Program-made: the position numbers and the translations under genes
The notes under the pieces: model-generated
Told to the model about the DNA's origin: nothing
Databases searched by the model: none
Seen by the model: the letters and a program-made list of their open reading frames with translations, nothing else
In this document: in pieces, positions 1 to 11,136 of the stretch
Numbering within the stretch: the first letter of the stretch is position 1
Layout: each line of letters starts with the position of its first letter
Origin: Paramecium tetraurelia
Lineage: Eukaryota
Assembly: GCA_000165425.1 (NCBI GenBank)
Contig: CT868097.1
Location: 564,867 to 584,889 of the forward strand
Length of the DNA: 20,023 nt
Direction: 5' to 3'

Positions 1-182
1 TTTTAACAAAAAAAATCAATTTCTTTTAGTAGCATGGACTATTATGAAAACTCCTCTTATTAAATTAGAGGAGCATGAAGAGGTTTTGGTTTCTATAGTA
101 CCATCATTGTCTCTTCCATCTACTTTAAAATATCTCTTTAAGGTTAAAAATTTGGAGTCACATCGCTTTCCAATTTAATCAT
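1..182 (-). CDS. 5' part of a hypothetical protein gene, running off the left edge
   Basis: ATG at 182 opens a TGA-free frame (code 6): MIKLESDVTPNFQPQRDILKQMEETMMVLQKPKPLHAPLIQQEEFSQQSMLLKEIDFFCQ... to the window edge. It is divergent from RPL5. Confidence 0.6.
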
Positions 183-581
183 GAATACTTATTAACTGAA
201 AAATAATTAATTCAAATTAATTATTTATTAAATGAAAAACAAATAATAAATCCATTTAAGAAGACAATCATAGATGCTCATCTATAATATACAAAACAAT
301 TCGATATTTATTATATTATAAAGTATCCTATAAAGTCTCTGATCTATTTCAGGTTTAATTCTACATTATATACATAAAATGAACTCAGAAGATTGTTATA
401 GGATATTATTTTTTTAATGAATTATTAATTATATCTAATGAACTTTGAGCCATTCATGTTGCAAATTGGAAAATTAGGGAGATAGTATTTAATTCTAAAT
501 AATTATAACTCAGAATTATGGATTATTTATATATAAGTATTAGTGCCTAATTTGTGAAAATTCAAATCTTTTTAATAATTA

Positions 582-1549
582 ATGGCATTTGTTAAGCTTG
601 TTAAAGGAACACCCTATTTCAAAAGATTCTAAACTAAATTCAGAAGACGAAGAGAAGGAAAGACTGATTATTATGCAAGAAGCAGATTGATCGTGTAAGA
701 CAAGGATAAATATAACTCACCAAAATACAGATTTGTAGTTAGACACACAAACACAAAGATCATTTGCTAAGTGATCTATGCTACCTTAAAGGGAGACAAG
801 GTAGTGGCTGCTGCTGAATCTACTGAATTAAAGAGATTTGGTTTAACAAGTGGTTTGACTAACTATGCTGCTGCCTATGCCACTGGTTTATTATTGGCCA
901 GAAGAACACTTAAAACATTGAAGATGGATAAGTTTTATGAAGGCAACAAAACCATCGATGGAAACTTGTATGATGTTGCTGAAAAGGAAAACCCAGAGAG
1001 AAGACCATTCTTTGCCGTACTTGATATTGGTTTGGTCAGATCAACTCTCGGAAACAGAGTATTCGCTGCCTTAAAGGGAGCAGCTGATGGTGGTATTCAC
1101 ATCCCACACAACAACAGAAGATTCCCAGGATTCTCTGTTGATAATGACAAGAAAGAAAAATATGATGCCAATGTTCACAAGGACAGAATCTTTGGTGTTC
1201 ATGTTGATAAATACATGGCTCTCTTATAAAAGGAGAAGAAGACTAACAAAGATGGAAGATCTAAGTTCGATGTCTAATTCCACAATTGGGAATAAACCTT
1301 GAAGACTGTAATATAATAAATTAATATTAATAGGCTGGTGTCAAATCAGTTTAAGAATTGTTCAAGAAGATTCACGATGAAATCAGAAAGAATAGTGACA
1401 GAGTAAAGAGAGGTGCTAAATAAAATCCAAAGAGAGATCACACCAAATACAGAGCCAAGAGATTAAACGCTAAATAAAGAAGAGCTAACGCTTTAAAAAA
1501 GATCGATATAGCCACCAAATAAGCTGCTAAATTAAAGAAGAAGGCATGA
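582..1549 (+). CDS. RPL5: 60S ribosomal protein L5 (uL18), 313 aa; intron 1308-1333 (26 nt)
   Basis: [33 protein letters not shown]...QDKDKYNSPKYRFVVR...GLTNYAAAYATGLLLARR...GAADGGIHIPH are hallmark eukaryotic L5 motifs. In-frame TAAs fall at conserved Gln positions. The spliced frame ends at TGA 1547-1549. Confidence 0.98.
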
Positions 1550-1740
1550 TTTCATTTATATTTGGTACATTATAAAATATTCCAATCTTTTTCGATTTTG
1601 TCTTGACTAACCTAATTAATATCACTACTTGACATTTATTATTTATATATCCAAATATGTCTCATGGCCACTTTAATGGTTATATAAGAATAATCTTTTT
1701 GTTATTTCAATTAATTTCAAGAATAATAAAAATATAATAT

Positions 1741-2783
1741 ATGTCAACTTAGTATAGAATACCATCTAACGATAATTATATTCGAGACTTAGAAAACATT
1801 TCTCAAAGGTAATTTTGAATTTATACTAAAAGAGAGCGTCATGGATTGTTTAATCAGCCTCCTCCATTACTAATAGGTGATTAATATAACGACGCATTAA
1901 AAAGTAATGAATTACTTATTTAAATATAGGCTAAGGCAAGGAGAAAGGTGTATTGGTCAATAAAAAATTATAAAAAAAGCATGAACCTACTTTATTTTTA
2001 GAGCCTGGATATACAACATTAAATGATCCTTACAAAGATTAATTTAAAGCCAAATAAATTTACGACAAAGAAAGAGAATTAGCAATTAAAAATCCAAATT
2101 GTTTCAAGCCAAATGATCATGTTAAATCAATGTAAATATATGCACTGAGTATCAAAGTAAACATTCAGAATTTGAACACATGAAAGAATTCAATGATAAA
2201 GTATTTAATACAAGAACTCCAAAAGGAGATGTTAGGACTTAAGCTCGAAATTTCTTAACCAATCCTGCAAAGAAAGGATTAGGCAGAACAACCACTAATA
2301 ATTTATTTGGATAAATTGAATATATACCTGATCCGTATGACAGACAAGAGGAATTAGATAGATAAGATAGAATTAAACATAGAAGCAAATTTTTACCAGG
2401 AACAACTAGGTTTATTACAACAAGTCACGGCAATCGACCATTTACGGCTGATGGAATATTACTTGATGGAGCAGGATATTTATCAGGTAATTACTTTATT
2501 CTAATACCAATAAGCGAAAAAAAGACCACTGTATAAAGGTGCCCCTTTTAGACCTGCTAACTAAAATAAAAATGGATTTTAAGGAACATTTGAAGTGCTC
2601 TAATACATGGAAGAAGGTGTACCAGATCCTAAAACGAAATAAAATACCTTCTAAAAATTAAGTGCCACTTAAACCTATGAAAATCCTTGGAGACCAAATT
2701 CAAATGGAACCTTTGCTCGACCATGTCCTAGTGTTTCGTAGCAATTAAGACATAGAAGCGTAGGATCAAATTAAAAATCTTGA
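1741..2783 (+). CDS. C4orf47/CFAP96 (UPF0602)-like ciliary/centrosomal protein; introns 1809-1832, 1904-1929, 2132-2157, 2487-2514
   Basis: Four short introns give one continuous frame ending at TGA 2781-2783. Motifs ERHGLFNQ..LIGDQY, GYTTLNDPY, RNFLTNPAKKGLG, EYIPDPY, PFRPAN and PWRP resemble the C4orf47 family (recognised by eye). Confidence 0.75.
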
Positions 2784-2876
2784 AAATAAAGAATACATTA
2801 ATTGCATTAATTTGAATGTTTAATTAGACGTAATGAATGCAATTCTCAATAAGTACTCTGTTTAAACTATATATAA

Positions 2877-3365
2877 TCATTTCCCTTCTCTTTGTTCTAT
2901 TTATGCATATTTTCTATAAATCCTTCTCATAACAAATAATATTTACTCATATAGTTTTTGTGAGTCAAACTAGTCTATGTCACAAAATTGAATTTCTCCT
3001 CCTTTCAGATATTCAAAAGGTAATCCTAGTAAAACACATTTCTGAGAAAAAATTATTGCTTAAGGAATGTAATACTGTTAAGGAAATTACTTATTAAAAA
3101 AGTAATCTTGCAATTATTTTTAGGATTAATAGAAATCATACAATTTGTCATCAAACATTTTTTAATTCTCACTTTTGATATTTAAGTTTCCAACTTTATA
3201 TTATCTCTATTCCAAAATTCCAAATTGATCATATATTGTCAGATGCTCTGTTTTTGACTATTGTAATTCTTTAATAACCAGATCAATGATAGGAATTACA
3301 TTTTTATGTTTTGGCTATTGAAATCCCAATAAAAGATGAAGAGGTTGTTTCTATAATCCTTGCAT
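2877..3365 (-). CDS. NUS1: NUS1/NgBR-like subunit of cis-prenyltransferase (dehydrodolichyl-PP synthase complex), 162 aa, intronless
   Basis: TGA-free frame ending PQAIIFSQKCVLLGLPFEYLKGGEIQF...YRKYAQIEQREGK*. This matches the NgBR/Nus1 C-terminus (Y..CEQRLGK, RxG motif) and its GFLPW..RLTEI block. Confidence 0.7.
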
Positions 3366-3843
3366 TAATTTTAAAATGTAATAAAAACAATAATTTCATA
3401 TTTTCTGAATATTTTCGAATGAACGTGTTTTCACCTAATAATTTAAAAAAAATTATATTATAGTATCGAATCTTAGAAAATATGTATCAATACTGTAATT
3501 AAAATATTAACAATATGCATTAAATGTTTTGATTGATTGAAATATTATTCGAACAATCTAATTGATTTTTGTGATTGCACATATTCATGTTCATGTATAT
3601 TGTGTTGTGAAGTACTCCTATGTTTAAGAATGCCATATTAATTTTTTTTGATCACTAACTCAGCTTGTTGGTCATAAATTCTGGAATGGTAGTTTCCTTT
3701 GATTACTACTTTTTAACTCTTAATAACAGCAGCACCTACTTATAGAATTGATTCCTTACGTTTTTGGAGTTGTTTAATTCACAATTTAAGTTTCTAATTG
3801 TTAATTCAATAATAATTAATTTTTAGAACAAAATTTTGATTCA

Positions 3844-4748
3844 ATGACCGCAACTATGCAATAACATCATTAATTGATGGACGAAGAGTCTGAATTAGTA
3901 AATAAGATACTCAAGGAAATTTAAATCGATTCTAATATGTGCAACGAACAAGTGCAACTTATGATTGATAATACTCCGGTATATTTTCCTCATCAACCTT
4001 ATGAAGTCTTGAAGGTTTATATGGAAAGTGTAATAAATGCATTAAATAAGAAGTAGAATGCATTGTAAATTATAAAAATCACTATGGAAGATTGGAATCA
4101 CCAACTGTAACAGGTAAAACCCTATCCTTGCTCTGTGCCTCCCTAGCATGGTTAAAGAAGAACAGAAAAGATTAATAGAATTCTGATTAGCCTAAGAATA
4201 TTAAGATTATATATTCATCAAGAACTTACACTCAATTAAAATAAGTGGTCATAGAATTGAAGAAGACAATCTACAAACCCAATATTTCAATACTTGCCTC
4301 AAGAGATCAATATTGCATCAGAGAGGAAGGTTGCTGAAGGAATAGACTTTTCTGATGAATTATGCAGAGCTATCTTCTTAGTAGGTGTTCCCTATCCAGT
4401 TATAATAGATAATCGTTTTATCGAAAAAATGAACTACTTGGATAGGGTCTTCAACGATCTAGAATTCAATCATTAATAAAGAATAAAAAGCTCTAAATGG
4501 TACACTCAACAAGCTATTCGTGCTACAAATCAAGCTATTGGAAGAGTTATTCGGCATATCAATGATTATGGGTATAATATTGTGTTAATAATTTTAGAAT
4601 TGTTTATTTATGTGATAAAAGATTTGAATACAAAGAAATTAGACAAGGATTATCAAAATGGGCATAGCCAGCTATCTAACCTTGGATCAATGATGACGAT
4701 GTGATTCAGCAAACCAAGTCATTTTTCAACAGATCAATGTTGGAGTGA
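3844..4748 (+). pseudogene. RTEL1: RTEL1-like (XPD/FANCJ/RTEL1 family) helicase pseudogene with a large internal deletion and frameshift; introns 4065-4090, 4572-4597
   Basis: The N-terminal block VYFPHQPY...[21 protein letters not shown]...KIIYSSRTYTQL...LASRDQYCI stops at TGA 4335-4337. A different frame starts at the same point with KVAEGIDFSDELCRAIFLVGVPYP...[25 protein letters not shown]...CDKRF and ends at TGA 4746-4748. Confidence 0.88.
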
Positions 4749-5224
4749 TCTATATTCGAAATTTGATACTGAAAGAATTTACATGATATTTATATTTTTT
4801 TGACATCCTGTTCCAGTAGAATACATTGTTCAAAAATAGAATCACTAAAAGAAGAAACTGCGTATAAAATAAAAAATGAACTTATTATTATTTATTTATA
4901 TTTTTGATTTATTCATTTCGATCTTGTGCATCCTCTCCAGCCTTTGGGAATTCATTTAAATGTGTTCCCTCTATTTCAGGATCTTCCAATAGGGCTTCCA
5001 TTATTGTTTCCTTAGCATATGGCTGTGATTTGCTAGTTAAATGCACAATGAAATAATATTTATTAGAATTTAATATAATTGAATTGATAATTGAGAAATA
5101 GAGTTGTCAACTGTTACTGCCGATATTCAGACTGCTATAAAAGATCGAATTGCTGAACGTTCATTTTAATAGTATGAAACTATATTAGATTGAATATATC
5201 CTTATTAATGAATATCAGTATATC

Positions 5225-5677
5225 TCATTATTTCGACAATTAAAATCTTTTGACAAAATTTTAATTCAAGTAGTCGAATTACTTTTCATCGAATTTTTCT
5301 CTGTATTGTAATCTTGTAAAAATAGATTGAGGTAAATCATATTTTAAGGATTTATTGAATTCAACATGTTACCCATATGCCATCACAGTAAAGGAAGCAT
5401 AGCAAGTTGCCACTATGTAATATTTGTAAAATACAAATGACTTTTGAGATTTATTTACTAAAGTACCAACTTAATAATGCAGCATTTGATACAACTAAAA
5501 AGAATGTTTCATGGAGATATTACTACGGCAATAACTCCTTACGAGCATAAAAGTAATTTGACATTTATATCTGAAATAATTTTCTTGCAAAATATGGTTA
5601 TTCTTTTGTGAGATTTTTTTAAAATCTGGGTTCCTCCATTTGTTTAATTTATTAATAATTATATTTCTTTATTACAT
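5225..5677 (-). CDS. hypothetical protein, about 150 aa, with a possible hydrophobic segment
   Basis: Continuous frame from ATG 5677 to TGA 5225-5227: MQQRNIIINKLNKWRNPDFK...SFVFYKYYIVATCYASFTVMAYGQHVEFNKSLKYDLPQSIFTRLQYREKFDEKQFDYLNQNFVKRFQLSKQ*. The 5' structure is uncertain because a second frame is also open from ATG 5639. Confidence 0.5.
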
Positions 5678-5728
5678 TATAATTATTAATTCAGAGTTCA
5701 AAAATTTGAATGGTTGGGATTTTATTGA

Positions 5729-6892
5729 ATGCTTGAGAAGTTTATAAATGATTAATTTGTTGTTTGATCTCCAATTATTAGATAAAATGATTTTGAAAAT
5801 TATTTTATAGAAACTACTAAACTTCTTAAGCACTCTTATTTAAGATTATAATCAGTAATTGCCATATATCTTAGAATTATGAAAAACACACAGCACCGGT
5901 TACAATCAATATAATTTATCAAGCAATGGCCTTCAATTCTATCTCTATAATTTACAATAAGTATCTTGAAATGAAATTAATTTGGTAAAAGAATAAAGGA
6001 CACAAAATATCGCAACGTATAAATTATCTATTAGAAAATAAAGTAAACATGTTAATGATTGATATTTGGATACTATTATCGAACCTTATGCTCAAAAATA
6101 ATAATTATGAATTTTAAAAAAGAAAGATATTTAAATGAGCTAAATTAAGGCTAAACTAGTTATACATCTGCTGGTTGAAAGATCTTTCTTGAAATTATTT
6201 AATAGTCACAACAATTTATAAATGATTAAAACGTTGATTTCAGCCTAATCAAAAAATTAACTTTATAATAATGCAAGAATGATTATTTAAGAACTTATGC
6301 TTGAACTCAAAAAAACTCTAAAATAGTCTCTAAATATCATTTATTAAAATGATGTTCATGAGGCTTTAAAAGTAAGCAGTAGTTTCATCTTAATTCGACT
6401 TATACTCTAATTCAAATTAGTTTAAACCATCACTAAATTGCAAATAGTTAAAATAGATAATATAAAATATTTGATGAATTACCTTAATACTAAAAATTGA
6501 AGAAGTTTCATTTAAGTAAATACAAATTATTTTTACTTGTGTTATAATGAGATTTAGCATATTCTGAAATAATTTTTTTGAATATTTATCATCAATTAGC
6601 AATTATTATGAGGTTTAATAATACATAGCTTTTATTTTTTAGGACATTTTGTTCAAATATTATTAAATACACATTGTTATTAATAATAATTTTATAATAA
6701 GTTTAACATTTCATTCAAAGCCAAAATATTCAGCAGGCTGATTTATTATTTATAGCCAAAATATTAAATCATTCTCTTCAGCAAAAATTAAGCAATAAAT
6801 CTAATTAAAATATTAGATAACTGTTGAGTTAAATTAATCTGAATCCTGTTGATATCACAGAATATAGGAGAAACAAACATTAAATCAAGTGA
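5729..6892 (+). pseudogene. probable decayed gene of unknown family
   Basis: Protein-like segments (MLEKFINDQFVV*SPIIRQNDFENYFIETTKLLKHSYLRLQ; YLNELNQGQTSYTSAG*KIFLEIIQQSQQF; QNIQQADLLFIAKILNHSLQQKL...HQIK*) are broken by in-frame TGAs (5765, 6176, 6302) and frame changes that short introns do not resolve. Confidence 0.4.
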
Positions 6893-6914
6893 ATTATATC
6901 TTATAAATAATATT

Positions 6915-7921
6915 ATGAATAAAAAAATAGTTCACACATATAACAAAATCTCAGATGTTTTTTCGAGGGCCTAAATAAAAAATGCTGTTGAATCCCTTGA
7001 TAATTATCAGGATAGACTTAAGTTAATTGACTCAGTCATTGACAGAAGGCAATAGATCATCCAGGTTAATGATTTATCTAAAATGTCTCAATATGCTCAT
7101 CTTTTTAGAAGGATGATTCACAGATATCGAAGTAAAAAGGAGGGTGAAGCTGCTAATGAAAGATTATAAATGCGAATGGTCGTAAGTGTGTTTGCTTCTC
7201 AAGAAAAATAATCATCGCCATGTCTATAACCCAAAAATCTAGAATAGAGAAACCTAGATCAAAAACGAATAAGAATAAATGAAATATCAGATTAACGTAG
7301 GGATGCTGTTCAATTTAAAGTAAATCGAACCTAAAAGATCACTAATATGAATTCTGAAAGAAAGAGTTTCAATTAAAGAAGCAATACTAAAGAAGGTTGT
7401 CAATTTTCGAATAGAACTTAAAGAGTTTTGAGCTCGATTGATGTAGATAATAGGTATCAAGAAAAAGAACTATATTTATTGACTGGGGAGGATCAAGAGA
7501 TTAAATCATTATAAAGTAAGATAAAGCAAAGTGTAGTCCTTAAAACAAGGATAAACCTGAATCAGAATACTAAAGTATGAAATTCTACTTACTTTAGGAT
7601 AATGAGAATCTTGTAAGATTGTTGTAAAAATAGCATAGTTCGTTATCCCGTAGATAATATAAGCCATATTCTTAGCAGTAAATATAAGATAATTGTGAGA
7701 AAGAATAAGAAATCAAAAGATGTGATAAAATTTAGAATATTCTTAATTAGGAAGAGTCTTTCTTATCATACTCTGAAAATCTTCTAAATTAGCTTTACAA
7801 AAAATCTTCTTAAATTCAAAAAAAAGACTCTCAAAGTCAGCACAATCATTAGAAACTAATCAAAACTAACAAAGAAATTATAGAATTATCAAAGATTAAA
7901 TTGGCATTATAAGTGTCCTGA
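6915..7921 (+). CDS. hypothetical protein, 327 aa; intron 7575-7597 (23 nt)
   Basis: Long TGA-free frame MNKKIVHTYNKISDVFSRAQIKNAVESLDNYQDRLKLIDSVIDRRQ... One GTA..TAG intron removes a TGA and restores the frame to TGA 7919-7921. No recognisable domain. Confidence 0.85.
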
Positions 7922-8797
7922 TTAAACAGTTTTTTTATATATTAATTAACCAAAATTTTTATTTAATCCCTAATAAATATCTACTTTAATCTATTTAATA
8001 ACAATTAATGATTTTTTTAGTTCAAAATAATATGATTCATCTCACAAAAATATAAAGTAAACTAATCTTAATTAAAAATTTATCTTTATCTTTAATTGAA
8101 TTAGTTAACTCAGTAATGTAAAGTATTTAGTTTAAAAATTAATATATGTTTACATTAAAAACAATGAACATTCACATAATGTATTATGAAATCTAATGAA
8201 TGATACTTCAGTAATTTAAGATTTAAGTCATAAGCGGCTTTAATTGCTCGGTACTAAATAATCAAAATGGGTTTTTGTTTATGGACGAAAGTAAATCAAT
8301 AAATTAAAAATCGGATGCCAAAAATTATAAATAGATTCAACTTTATGTTTATTTTTTATTATTTAAGATAAAAGATCGAATAAATGAAAAAGAGAAATTC
8401 AAGAATAAATATAATAAAGAGCCATTAGTTATATAATTATTTGAATTCCTTTTAAAAAATCTGAAATAAAATTAAGCTTGTTTTTTTAATTATCAATCAA
8501 GATGAATAGATTATTGTAAAGTCAAATAATTTTTGAAGATAATAATTTAAGTTATTTAGGAATCTATCTTCAGATAACTTTTTATGGATAAATAATAAAT
8601 ATACTCTTTTAGAATTTCAATATTAATGTTAGACTAGGTTGAAAAAATTTTTAATGTCAGAAATTCTAGCAGATTACTATTCATTAATTAATACTAGAAT
8701 ACTTTATAAAGATGGAATTCAATGTCATCATCTTTGATATCAATTGCAAAATAGTGATTTGAGTTTTTTTTATATTTATCCATTTTTGTCTGTATAA

Positions 8798-9460
8798 ATG
8801 CTGCAGAAAAGGATGAAAGGGATGTAAAAACTTAATTATTTTGAGCAGATGTAAGAATTGACAAGTATCTCATAAAATAATGATGATGAATTGAATTCTA
8901 CTTGCTAGTCTATATAAGTTCCAGGGTTTAAAAGGCACTTTGGAAACAATTTGACATTATTTCATATTTGGGGTGAGCCTTTGATAACAATTGGACCACA
9001 TTGTAAAACATTTATAAATGATTAGTTTAGGGCCTTTAACATTATGCATGATTATTTCATTTGGTGGAGCTAGCTATTTGTTAATTTACGAGATAGCCAT
9101 TAGAAAAGGACTTTATGTTTATTACTTTTCAATTTTTATAGCAGCACTATAAATGCTTAGTTACTTGATAACTGCCCTAAAAAATCCAGGCATTGTGACT
9201 AGTACTAGAGAATACAAAGGGATATTATAGTGTATAGTAAGAAATATATATAATTAAAACCTTATTAGGTTTGTAATAATCCAAGAAATATAGGTTCGTT
9301 ATATCATTGTGAAGATTGCGATGTTTGCATTTCTGGATTTGATCATCATTGTCCTTGGACAGGAAAATGTATAGGAAGAGGAAACATAGGTTCCTTTTAT
9401 ATATTCGTAACTATGATACCGATATATATTGTATATTTCGTCATAGTTTCCTTATTATGA
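8798..9460 (+). CDS. DHHC-type palmitoyl acyltransferase (zDHHC), about 200 aa; introns 9003-9030, 9237-9268
   Basis: IGPHWP, two TM segments, KNPGIV, then CIVCNNPR...[31 protein letters not shown], which is the canonical DHHC cysteine-rich domain. The start could be any of several nearby ATGs. Confidence 0.93.
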
Positions 9461-9477
9461 TTAATGAAATAATATAT

Positions 9478-11036
9478 TCAATCAATTTTTTGTTTTTTGA
9501 TTGCCTAATCTTCTTCTAATTCAACGATTTTCCTAAAAATTGAATTTAAAAAAATTACCTTTGAATAGCTTTTGATTTTGGTCCATACCCTTCCAAATTA
9601 GGGTAGAACATTTTAGCAGAGTTGAAAGTAGGTTTGAATGTAAAGTCCGGTGTATGAGTTGTTTCAGAAGTCAAAATTGTATAAGCTGGAGTGTTCTCTT
9701 GAATACTCTTTAGATAATTTTCACCGTATTTAATTTTTTTCTATGAATAAAATCAAATATTACCCAAGTTTTTATGATATCATAGATTGCTTAATTGGGA
9801 GCATTAGTCTTATAGAGGTCTACTTGAAGATAGCATTGAGCAATTTTGAAACCCAAAGATTGAAATCCAGCACTAAAATCGATTAGATTATTTACAAAAT
9901 TTCCTTTTTACTGATATTTGTGCATTTCAAATTAGATGCCAAGTAAGTCATATTATAAGAATAGGGATTTGAAGAAACTTCATTTTAATTAATAATTCCT
10001 GTCAATTTTCCTTATATCTAATCAAATGTTTAGAAATGAGTATGTCTAGTTTCTAGATTGGTTAACATTTTCTTAACAAATTCAATGTTATTTATTTCGT
10101 CTATCCATACAGGACCATTAATTTTGAACGAACTTCCACAAACCTCACATTTGGATGGGATGGGTTTTTTATTGATTTTGTACCCTTTGTCTTCCTTTTA
10201 ACCATAAGGATAAACATGAAATGATTAGCAAGATTAACAGAAAAATAAATTACCAATTTGAGAAAATAACTTATGAGTCTAAACTTTATCCTTTGTTACA
10301 TGTACAAAAACTCTGAGGTAAAACTCTCCATAAAATGAAATCAACGGCTTTATTGCTTTACCTAGTCTACCAGCTGCTTGACTGATTGTATATAGCAATG
10401 TTCTTAATCCGTTCTCAGCAAAACAATTCATCTTAGTTCTTGCTGTACCGTATTACTAGTATAGATTATAAATCATACAGCAAAACACTTTTATGTATCA
10501 GGACCACATAATACTCTGCTATCTGTACAAGTGATACATAATAAAGAATCATCACAAGAATGAATGGCTGAATCTAAGAATGGACAAACTGTTCCATAAG
10601 GATCCAAGTCTATCACATCAAATTTAATGTCTTCTTTCATTAATTTGTTTGCATCCATGTTGTATATTTTGACATTGCTAACATTATTGAGTTTTATATT
10701 TTCATCAATTAATGCTAAACTTGCTAATGAAAGATCATTTGCGTAGATTTCTTTAACATTTTATATTTCTTATGCAAATCTAACACTTCTTAACCCAGAA
10801 GCAGACAAGGCATCTAAAATTGTTATTGGTTAGCGATTTTCTTAGAAAGTATCTATTACCAATACTGTCAAATCACGATTAATGATTTGTGCAGGATTGT
10901 AGAATACTTCTTCTTCAATCAATTTGCCTTCTTTTTTTTCGATTCTCTTAGTTTATATGAGGGCTTTTCCTTCTTTTATGAATCTTTACCCATCTTTTTC
11001 AATAAACATTGACAATTCTTTCACAATTTATTTCAT
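9478..11036 (-). CDS. TRM1: tRNA (guanine26-N2,N2)-dimethyltransferase, 487 aa; introns 10456-10478, 9873-9895, 9741-9763, 9533-9558
   Basis: [56 protein letters not shown], a CxxC pair, GPVW and KTNAP are Trm1 motifs. The spliced length is a whole number of codons. Confidence 0.96.
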
Positions 11037-11136
11037 TTAAATTATTTATTTTAAAAAATCAATATGTATGAAATTCACAAATAATTAAATATAATAAAAT
11101 AATGATATGATTTGTGATTTATTACTCTTTATATTT

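Noticed and set aside
1087..1302. 71-aa ORF in the supplied track
   Set aside because: It is an out-of-frame shadow inside RPL5.
6417..6602. 61-aa minus-strand ORF
   Set aside because: It has a non-ATG start, is defined by the wrong code, and has AT-driven composition with no motif.
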